From the NCBI GenBank assembly GCA_951406725.2, contig OX597814.1, positions 95,852,001-95,916,000 on the forward strand: a stretch of DNA of 64,000 bases, written 5' to 3'. Shown here piece after piece: positions 12,757 through 24,700 of the stretch (the first letter of the stretch is position 1; each line of letters opens with the position of its first letter). The stretch comes from Octopus vulgaris (taxonomy: Eukaryota). A model generated the notes under the pieces. That model saw only the letters and a list, made by a program, of their open reading frames with translations. It ran no database searches and was not told the DNA's origin. Position numbers and translations under genes: made by a program.

Positions 12757-15700
12757 GTAAAATAATTTTATAAATCTGGGAAATTGAAACTATTTTTAGT
12801 CAATTCATTTTAATTTTAATTTTTATTTGTTGAATATAAAGCATGTATTTAGTAAAATGAAAAAAAACAACAAATAATATATATTCATTATTATTATTAT
12901 TTTGTCAATATTCAGTTAATTGCAATAAAATTCAGTTTTACGTTTGAATCTTAGATGACATATTTCAAAAATATAGACCAAGGATTATTTTTTCAAACTT
13001 TAAATAAAGTGATTATTGTTAGACAATTGCAATGCTAAAATGATAATAGTTCATTAAAGAATGTTTTCATATTTTAATATATCAACACAACGGTTGCTTG
13101 TATAATAGCAATCATCGAATAGTTTTCATATATTTTACGCCTTGTTTTCAACAACTTCGTGTTTTTTTTTTTTTACCACTTTTTATGAAATTTATTATCA
13201 TAACAAGAAACAAACGAGTGTTAGAAAAAGTTATTCAGACAAAAAAAAAAAATCCTTAAATTAGAAAAACAAAACAACACACAGGCACCCACACACACAA
13301 ACAACAAAAACATTTTTGTGTGTGTGTGCTTGAAATTTACATGCAAATAAGTATATATTGTTTAATGTTTAGCCTGTATTTTAATGTAAAAAGAGAATTA
13401 AGATTGTTAGCGTCTCTGAATCAGTTTTACTTTTGGGGAGAGGTAAATTATCGATTCAGAAAGAGCCTTTCTTTCCCGATGAAGGGCTCTGCTTTGAAAC
13501 GTCATTTTTTTTTTTTCGTTCCGCATCACTAACATACATAGATACATACACTAACATTTAGTTTTTACTGTATTGATTTTTAAGAAAATGAGAATCTTTG
13601 CCATCAGTCTTAAATTCTAATGATTATATTTTCGATAACTTCGATTCAATTATTTATTTAGTTCTTTTTTCTTAAAAAAAAAAAAAAGCGGCTGCATCTT
13701 TTCTTACTTGAGCATTCGTGTGTATATGCTTCGCTTATAGACACCTCATCATATAAAGGTTTTTAAAAAAAATGCTAGATAAGAAATATTACAACCGTTT
13801 TTATACACCCATTATTAATAATTTTGAGTCTACAAAAGAAAAAAAAAAAAAAAAGGAAGGCATAGAATATGAAGATAGCTAAAATGAGCTTGAAGAATTA
13901 TCACACATTTTGACATGTCTAGAAAATGTTGAATTTTCATGTCTAGTTACTGACTTTGTCTTGATCAACTGCTCCCAGATGACACTTTATTGGGAAACTT
14001 TTTCTTTAAGATTAAATAGAATGAAGAATTTGATAAGACTTATTATTGCCTTACTTAAAGCAGTGAGTGAACTGGCAGAATCATCATTAAGTTGGACAAA
14101 ATGCTTAGAAGCATTTCATCTGGGTCTTTATGTTCTGAGTTTAAGGTCCACCAAGGTTGACTTTGCCCTTTCGTCCTTTCATGTTTGATGAAATAAGTAC
14201 CATTTGAAGAGTGGGGTAGATATAATCAACTTACCACCACAACCTTCTTCCTTAAAATTGCTGACTTTGTACTAAAATTTAAAATCTGTATTATTGGTTG
14301 TGCCTTTCTTCCTAATAAAAAAGAAATCAAACAACAGAAACGTGAAATATAATTTTTATAATAACTTTTAAAAATGGAACCCTCACTCAGTTACTGAAAT
14401 TTTGTCAGAAAAGTGGAACATAACAAGGGGCTTGTGCTGGAATCTGGTATCAGTCATTATTGGTTGAGAGTAATCCCAATATATTGTGCAAATCAGCACA
14501 AGACAACAAAGTCAATTTATTTATTATTCAATGTCTAGTAATCATTACTCGTAATCTATGTCCAACATCTGTCTAAATCTAGTTATTGCAATTCTCTTCA
14601 TATAAAGAATATTCTCAATAAAGATTTTACTCTACTTCATCATGCCTAGCTGCTGAAAAATCATGAAAAAAGCTATTGTAAAGAAGATTATTCAGTAGTT
14701 TTTCTGTTTGATATGTAATGTAATCTATAATGATGATGATAATAATAATTCTTTTCTTTACTAACCATAAGTGTTGACAAAAAGATCAAAGATGGTGCAG
14801 TTTGTGCTTACATAAAAACCACATAAACTAGTAAGATTAAAAAAAGAAAGAAATTGAAAATAGAAAAATTTTCTAAAAAATGCAAAGGCGACATCCAAGG
14901 ACTACTTGTGGAAACTTACATAGACCACATTCACCCTGATCACTAAGGCAAGTTTTCCCTCTCCCAGTTGTTCTTTTCTAATCTACAGTCACATGCACAG
15001 AGCAGGCTGGTTCACTACTCTCTCCACCTTTCAATGAAATTGTTGGGTAATAATTGGTGCCTTGGGAATTTTAAGTAAAGATGTCGACAAATGGTCAAAG
15101 GAGGTTAGAATAGTATGTCCTATAGAGCTTCTACAGAAAGCTTGCCTTTTAGGGACAGGAAAGCTTATCAGGAGGGTTTTAAGCACTTGAAAGACTATTG
15201 AAAGCTTGCGAATACCTAAGGTTACTAGTTGTAACCTGCTTCTCACATAAATTCTACTAGGAATGAGAATGAACCTGAATCAAATCAGTAATAACAATTC
15301 TTTATACTACTGTCACAAGGCCTGAAATTTTTGTAGGAGGTGACTAGTTGATTGGATCAACCCCTATTCTCTGTTTTTTTTGACCTCACCCAAAAAGATG
15401 GACAAAGTTGATCTCATTGCCATTTGAAAGAAATGCTGCTAAGCATTTTGTCTGGTGTGCTAATGATTCTGTGAGCTCACTGTCTTCATAATAATGTTTC
15501 TACTATAGGCTCAAAGTCTGAAATTTTAGGGGAGTGAAGTAATCGATTACATTAACTCCAGTGCTCAACTAGTACTTATTTCTTCTACCTCAAAAGGATG
15601 AAAGGCAAAGTCGACTTTAGTGGAAAATATGAATGCAGAATGTAAAGATGGATGAATGCTGCTAAGCATTTTGTCCAGCATACTGATGGTTCTGCCAGTT

Positions 15701-18700
15701 TACCACTTCACTGCCTTAATAACAATAATATAATTTTAATAACTGTTTTTCATTTAGGCACAAGGCCAGCAATTTTGAGGAGAGTGAGATTAGTCAATAA
15801 AATAACGTGTGGATCTTTTCGGTTTGAACAGCAGTTTTTAACATAATTTCTAGGTAACTAAAAAATTTTAAACTTCGTATACTAGTAGAATGTGTTTATA
15901 AAACATCTTTTTCTCTTGGCTTTATTGAGAAAATTCTATAGTTTGTAAGATATTTGTTGTTTTTTCTTCAATTTCTGCTATTTCAACTAATCAATTACAT
16001 CCATTGAGGTAAACAACATTCTGTGCCGTATGAATATGTCCCTCGTTTAAGAAACAGATTGGGTTTATTTACATTTGTGAAGAAAAAAAGAAACCCTTCC
16101 CCCCACTCCTAACCTTAAAATAGATTGAAATGCAATAGATCGATACTAGGGTCATAATTATGGGTGACAATTTCATGTGACATCGCTAGAAAAAACTGCC
16201 ATTCAAACCGAAAAGATCCTAATGTGTTAATCAATGGGACTGATTTAATCAACTAAACTTTTTCTCCAAATTTCTGGTCTTCTAGCTAAGTTAGAAACAA
16301 TACATAAGATTGTTAAATCATTCACCCATTATTGCATGTTTATCATCATGTATTAGTGTTATGCTTGCATTATTACTCTGTGTAAAGGTAGCAAGTTGAC
16401 AGAATTGTTAGCATGCCAGACAAAATGCTGTTAAGCATTTTATTCATCTTTATGTTCTGTCTTCAGATTCTGCTGAGGTTGACTTTGCCTTTCATTTTTT
16501 GGGGGCTGATAAAATAAGTACCCAGTGAAGCGCTGGGGGTCGATATAATCGACTACCACCTCTCACTCCCTAAAAATTTCAGCTCTTGTGTCTATTGTAG
16601 GGAAGGATATTACTCTTGCATATTTTCATATATTCTTGTTTTTTTTGCTGCTTAAATCACAAATATTTTCATTACAATAAAATGACAATAAATTGAATTG
16701 ATATTATTTATTTTCAGATTGCTGAAGAATTTTCTGTAAAGCTGGAAGATTGTATTCAAAGTCTTTTGAGCAAATTAGATTATGGACTGAAAAGTCAGGA
16801 TAAAAATGACTTCACTGTCTATACTGGAGTTACTGGTCAGTATAAAATGTTTTTTAAATTTTGTCTTAATTACTTTTTCAAAAGAAATTATATATATATT
16901 TTTTGTTATTTTGGGAGATCCATTTCAGTATGAGCTCACCAAGTTTGATATCATCATCATCCTTCATCATTCTCATTTAACATCTGATTTTTCATGCTGG
17001 CATGGGTCGGATGGTTTGACAGGAGAGTGCCAACTGGAGAGCTGCAGCAGTTTCCAAATGTCTATTTTGGCATAGTTTCTGTAGCTGGATGCTCTTCCTA
17101 ATGCCAACACTTTACAGAGTATACTAGATGCTTTTTATGTGGCACCAGCACTGGGGCATTTTATGTGGCACCAACATGGGTGCTTTTTATTTAATAACTG
17201 CTTCTGTGGCTCTATCTGAAGCTGCTGGGATTTGCTGAGAATATTCTGGATGTGACTTTGACTTTCTATTTATTCTCAGGGCTTTTAGTTTGTACTTATT
17301 CATTCTTTTCCTGCTGCCAAGAATGATTGTTTTTTTTTTTGGTGCATGTGCAGTCAAATCTGTTTTATTTTCAAAGTGTCTTTGTTTAGTTTCGTATGTA
17401 TAAATAAGATCCTGTTGAGTTTATTTGAATTTAGTGCTATTTGTTTCACTTTAATTAGATGTTACACTTCAGCTGATTGTACTTCTCTGTGAATTGCTTT
17501 AGATTACCATGGGGCATTTCTGATTTTTGTCTTGATGAGAAAGCATTCTTCTGTGATATCATCATCATCATCATCATCATTTAACGTCCGCTTTCCATGC
17601 TAGCATGGGTTGGACGGTTCAACTGGGGTCTGGGGAGCTCGAAGGCTGCACCAGGCCAGTCAGATCTGGCAGTGTTTCTACAGCTGGATGCCCTTCCTAA
17701 CGCCAACCACTCCGAGAGTGTAGTGGGTGATTTTATGTGCCACCGACACAGGTGCCAGACGAGGCTGGCGAACGGTCACACTCGGATGGTGTTTTTTATG
17801 TGCCACCAACACAGGTGCCAAGAATGGACAAAATTATCATATACTGTATTTAAGGAGTTGCTTTCAGTCTCTACTTGCAATGCTTCAAACCTGTGTTTGA
17901 TACAACATATTGTTGACAGATTTCTTCATTGTTCAGTGAAGTTTTCTGTTTGTTGTTTCAATAATCTCAATAAAATTCAGGTAAATGGTATACAATGATC
18001 TGAACTAATTCTTTCACTAACACACTGAAAAGGACATGAAAGGAAGGTAACTGGGTTTGATTATAAACCACAAGAATTCTGGAAGATAGAGGCTTTCAGT
18101 GATTTTCTCCTTCAGTAATGCAGTATGCATTAGAGAAGTGCCACATTGCAGGAGAGCTAAGTAAAAACTCATGAGCGATACACTTCTAGGGATGTCCTGA
18201 TGTTGATATACAATGGGTTATTTTTTCCAGCAAAAAACCTTCATTGAACAGCATCTTTACATTCATTGTCATCATCATCTTTGTCATCATCATATGTCCG
18301 CTTTCTATGCTGGCATGGGTTGGATGGTTTGACATGGGGCTGGTCAGCTGGGAGCTGTCCAGACTCCAGTTGTCTGTTGTAGCATGGTTTCTAAGGCTGA
18401 ATACCCTTCTTTATGCTAATCACTTAACAGAGTATGCTGGGTGCCTTTTACATGCCACTGACACAAGTACGTTTTATGTGACACCAGCACCTGAAGGGAC
18501 AAACATGCGGGTTCAAATTTTATTTTTCAACAGGTGTATTATTGCCTTATGAATGTTGGCAAAGCACATGATTAATACCACTTGTTTCAGTTTGCATCAC
18601 TGAAAATAAAGAATTTTCATTTTTATAGTTAAAGAATTGGGAGTAGATAGATTCAATTTATAAATGTGCTTCCTTAAAAAATAAGCAAATATCCATGTTT

Positions 18701-21700
18701 GAAAAACCAAGTCTATGCTGCCTTAGTAAAATGCATAAAGGGAGGAAAATGCAAGTTTTGTTTGAGAGTCAAATCTGTTCATCTATAAATATTTGGTTAT
18801 TTGATGAATATCATTTTCAACATCATCAGAAAACACTTAGTTATTGAAAATTTCCTGCATAAGAATCTATCAAAATCTATAACAATTTTTATTGTATATT
18901 TTTGAGGAGTTTTCAAAAGCAACTGATTTCAGTGTTTTGGAGTTTCATATCCTTAAGTTTTACTCGTTATGAATTCTGAAATGCTAAAGGAAGGTAAGTA
19001 ATTTATTACTGAGGAATTAATTATAAATTTCTTTTGTTATTTCTATTACAGGAATAGCTTTGTTACACTTTCACCTTTATAATGCGGGACCATCTAGAGG
19101 AGATTCCAAACATCTAAGAGATGCTGCTGAGATACTTGAACGGCCACTTCGTCATTTGAAAGAACATCGTTTTACATTTCTTTGTGGAGATGCTGGACCG
19201 CTAGCAATTGGAGCTGTTGTCTACAGTAAACTTGGTAAAGAAGGTCGCAGTGAAGAATGTATCCGCAAGTTAGTCATATAATTTTATTTCACTTTCTTTA
19301 CCATTTTTATCTTTTGACTGGGCCTGGTGCAGCCTTCTGGCTTCCCAGACCCCAGTTGAACCGTCCAACCCATGCTAGCATGGAAAGCGGAGGCTAAACG
19401 ATGATGATAATGATGATGATGAAAGAGAACAACCAAGGACATGTGTGGTTTGAGTCCTACAGATAACTTTTGCCCTTTTATTCATCCAAGGGGTTTTTAG
19501 CCCAATATAATGTGAACCGTTATTTATGACTGTATTCACTTCAAGATACACCATTAAATGACTTATTAAAAAGTATTTTTTAGTGTTATTCTATCCTTTA
19601 ACATTCTTTTTCCATCGCCATGGCAATGAAAACGTAGTCATTATTTAATTGTATATTTCATTTAATTTCTTCCATTTCCATGAACATATCAGTGTATAAA
19701 TCATAATAAACTAGAATATTTGTAATTTGACATGCTGCGACTCACATTCCCTAGTTAAGCATTCTCTATATTCGATTATAACCTAGTGATATATGTTAAC
19801 CATACAGTTTATTGCAAGCAAAGTACTTTTTCTTATAGGTTGTGTGACATGTTGCCCCAAGTCATACAAGATGAATCTCTCCCAGATGAAATACTTTATG
19901 GTCGTGCAGGCTATGTTTATGCATTACTGTTTGTGCGACATTATCTTGGAGATGCTCTTGATGGAAAGCTCATTCTGCAGGTAAGAGATTCTTATCCTCT
20001 TAAATTAGAATTCATTTAATTTCCTATACAGAGAAAAACTAAACAAGATTTTAATAATTTTTTTTATAGGTTTGCCAGAAAATGTTAAAATCTGGTCAAC
20101 AAACAGCCCATCGAGAACGCAGTAAATGCCCATTAATGTATGAATGGCATGAAAAGAAATATTTTGGAGCTGCTCATGGCCTCTCTGGAATATTTTTCAT
20201 GTTAATGCAGGTATGTTTCTGTTGTAAAATCTTTGTATTTTATGGTAATGTAAAATATAAAATAAAACATATTGTTATGAAATTCAGTGTTGAATCAATA
20301 CTCAAGTTTATATTTTTATGTTTAATATTGTATCATAGTGTTCAATAATGCTGTCAGAACCACAGTTTTGAGTATTTCCACTATCATATGTTTCTGTACT
20401 CATTAGTTTTTCTAATTTATACACACATACTAACTATATATATATATTTTTTTAATTGTAGATTGGTGACCCTTCATTAAATTCTCAACTGGAACAATTT
20501 TTTTTTAATTGTAGATTGGTGACCCTTCATTAAATTCTCAACTGGAACAATTTGTTCTGCCTAGCATTGATTACATGCTTCAGTTACAGTTTCCTTCTGG
20601 CAACTGTCCATCTTCTATGGGCAGTAATACTGACAAACTTGTCCATTGGTGTCATGGTGCTCCTGGTTGGATACATATGTTTGCTATGGCTTATAAGGTA
20701 AAATATTTTCTAATTATTATTGATAATTTTAGGTGAGTACCTTACAAAGTTCTCAGGGAAATAATGTTGCCACTCAGTTTTCATACTCAGTTGCTATTGC
20801 TTTTTAAAAAATAGCATAAGAACCACAATTTATATTTTCCATTCACTAAAACTTTTAAAAGAAATTATAGTACCACTAATAGTTCCTTATCATCAAGTTT
20901 CTTACCATTGTTTTAACGTCCACTTTTCTTATACTAACATATGTCAGATGAGATTTCAGGCAAAGGCTGCGCCAGGCCCAGTCTGATCTGGCAGTGTTTC
21001 TACGGCTGGATGCCCTTCCTAACGCATCCAGCTGTAGAAACACTGCCAGATCAGACTGGGCCTGGCACAGCCTTCTGGCTTCCCAGACTCCAGTTGAACC
21101 GTCCAACCCATGCTAGCATGGAAAACGGACGTTAAACGATGATGATGATGTGGATGAACTGACCTTCCTGCCACCAACCCTCCCTTGTTTCCAAGTATGA
21201 TACTATTTCCTTTTGTTTTTTAAACTGTGTGCTTGCTTCTCAACCACATGGTTTTGGGTTCAGCCCTACTGCATGGCACCTTGGGCAAGTGTCTTCTCCT
21301 ATAGTCTTGGGTCAACCGAAGTTTTGTGATTGAATTTAGTAGGCAGAAGTTCCCATCATATGTATTCATGTGTGTGAAAGTGCTTGTGCCTGCTAACAGA
21401 CAGGTGAGAAAAGAAAACTGCTCCATGGCTTGACGTATTTTCGCGACAGACGTAACTCGTGATACTGTACATATGGTGATGTTGTTTACAATGCTTACAT
21501 AGAATTTCAAAACAATGGGAATATGCCCCTCCCCAACACACGCAGGCACATAGGCACACACATACACTATCATCATCAAAATTTAACATTGATGTTCCAT
21601 ACTGACAGGGATTGGATAGTTTGATAGGATAACTGCATTATGATCCAGTATCTGCTTTGACATAGTTTCTATGGATGTATACCCTTCCTAATGCCAATTA

Positions 21701-24700
21701 CTTTACAGAGTGGAGAGGGTACTTTTTTTTCATGCCACCAGAACTAGTGAGGTTATTTATACATATATGTATTAACAACATATGTTAAATTTATTCCCCT
21801 CTTATTAAGGATCTTTCAGACTACTTCCTTCGTAGTCCCTTATACTTAGTTTAAAATTGCAATGCTGCAGAACCCATTAGTTCACTGCCTCTTTGAGAGC
21901 TTCACAATTCTACTTTTAAAACCAATTGCTGTTAATGGCAGCTGTTTGTGGTATGTCGCAAACCTGAGAATAACTCTACAACTGATAAAACTAGCAGCCC
22001 TGGATTCAAAATTATACAATGGTTTCTTTTGGAAACGATTCTACGACTAATAAAATCAGCAACCTCGTTCATTAATATTTTATCTGGTAATTCATGCCTT
22101 TAGATCATTAAGTTCATCTTAACATCTTTGTATGTCAATGTTAGGAGTTTTTATGCAGTTGCTTGACCTGCTAAAAATAGCAACCAAATTTCAAACCTAT
22201 TGTCTTAAAAACAAAGGAACCATTGGATACTATACTTCTAGATACACTCTGTCTGTTTAAAAAAATAATGGGATTAGTTACAACTTTAATGCATTTTGAT
22301 GATAGGTCTCTGCTCAGTTGTGACCGATCTGTATAGCTCAACATCAACGACAACCTATATTACTGATATTTGGTTATTCAGTTACTGTCCATTTCTCTAG
22401 ATTGAGTATGTAAGATAATTTTGTTCCACTGCATACTACATCAGTCTTATCACTAAAACATTGAGCTTGAAAGTACCTAAATCCTTTGTGATATAACAAA
22501 TGCTGTTGCAATATCCTACTATATCAAATATAGATATCTAATTACTATAAATACATTCATTTTGTTAAGGGCAGGGTTTTGTCAGTAGTATTAATATGGT
22601 TTATATAAGCATGTCTAAGCAAAATATTTTTCTTTTAAAAGTAAGTGTAATAATCATCCGTTCTGTTCTAGAAATTTGGCAAAGAGAAATATCTGCAAGC
22701 AGCTACAAAATGTGCCGAAGTAATTTGGCAAAAAGGTTTACTTTGGAAAGGCTATGGCATTTGTCACGGTACTGCAGGCAATGCATATGCCTTTTTAACT
22801 ATGTACAAACTCACAGGAAACCAGACTTATCTTTATCAAGCCTGCAAGGTAAGTGTTATAATTTTTTCCAATCAAAATTATAATTGCGAATTATTGAAAA
22901 ATCTAATTTCTATATTTCTATGCTCACTGCTATTGTACTCTTTCTATATATTTTATATAACTCCTTTAATGAGAAATTAGTTTGAAATACATGGAAGAAA
23001 AATAAAAGACAGCACTAAATCCCTATGCTATCTGGGAACTAGACTTGTTCAATGTATAGGAAAGGAGTCGGTTGGAACTCAATACTATATATCCTGAATA
23101 AGCAGTTAGTACCCAAAAGGTCCAGTGGGATGTCTTGCAAAATGATGGAAAACCTGAATTTCAGATGTATAAATGATGGAGAATCTGGATTTCAGATGTA
23201 TAAATAATGCATTAGAATAGTTGACAGTGACTCACTAAACATATTTGGTAGTTTCTGCTATCTAAATGGAGAAGATAAATGTAGAAAACAGGTACAGTAT
23301 GTGGAAAATCTATAGATTTGAGAGAAGTGGGGCAAGCATGGTTTGTTGATGTGTGATATTAATTGATATGAAAAGCTAAGCTTAAGTTAGCTGATCATTA
23401 AAGGTATCACTTGAAGCATGCAAGAGATTATTGTGCTACTGTAGACATGTGATGTGAATGGTTGGTGAGTTCTAGATGAACAATACATTGTAGGCTGTCA
23501 GTGGAGAGTACCTACATAAAGAGCATAATAATTTCTTGTTTATTTGAGATATTATTATTATCATTTATTATATTTATTTCTTGTTTGTTTTTGTTAGTTT
23601 GCAGAATGGTGTTTTGATTATGGCAGACATGGATGTCGTATTGCTGACCGTCCGTTCTCCTTATTTGAAGGTAATTTTGTAATACAATATACATTTTAAA
23701 ATGATAAATGGAATAACCATTTTTAAATATTCATGATTGAAATTCTACCCTAACCCTGTTTACATGTGGGTGCTTTTCCCTTTTTTTTTGTTGTTTTCTG
23801 TCTTACAACTTCCTTGGTAACTTCACTAGAGCTGGTTGCTCAGCAAAAGCACCAAGTACACACTATAAAGTGGTTGGTGTTAGGAAGGGTATCCATTCTT
23901 AGAAACCATGCCAAAGCTGACACTGAAGCTCAGTATAGACTCTGCAGCTCACCAGATCCTGTCAAACTGTCAAACCCATACCAGATTGGAAAACCGATAT
24001 TGAATGATGATGATGAATTATTTTTGATTTGAATCTGAAAAACATAAATAGTAAGCTGTTATCATCAACATTGTTTTATATCTGCTGTCCATGCTGGTAT
24101 CAGTTGGATGGGTCATCATGGTACAAGTCAGTTCTTATTGGAAGGTATTTTTACTCGACAGGTTTCAACTCATACATTTCATTTTTGAAATGACTACATC
24201 TCACTTATACACTTCATTTTTGACTGGATTCTATAGTTGGATACCCTTCCTAATACCACCTACTGTACAGAATATACTGGGTGCATTTTACCATGACTAA
24301 ATGTTTCTCTTGAACTTATGTTGTCTCCACTTTGTCACTAGCACTTTACAGAATATGCTGGGTGAATTTTACTGTAAGTGCCAATATTAGTAAGGTTATC
24401 ATCTAAAAAGACTTTACTTCTTAATGTCATGTTGGTTCACTTATGGCAATTTAACCAAGAGGGTGACGAGTAGATACAATAATGATAGAAGAAAACTAAG
24501 ATACATTGGGTGAATGGGAACAAGGATATGATGGTAGAAAAAGAGTAAATGGCCAAGTACTTTTCCTGAAGCTGTCTCACTAGGAAGATGGCATCTGTAG
24601 TACTCTTCCCAGGTACAACACCAAACTGCATCTCATCTAGTTTAATTCTATTTCTAATCAATTGCGCTATAACCCTCTCAGTAACTTTCATGACTTGGTC

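Noticed and set aside
23598-23604. Second AG 7 nt into LANCL exon 8
   Set aside because: Out of frame; the first AG gives the conserved FAEWC, and there is no evidence the second is used.
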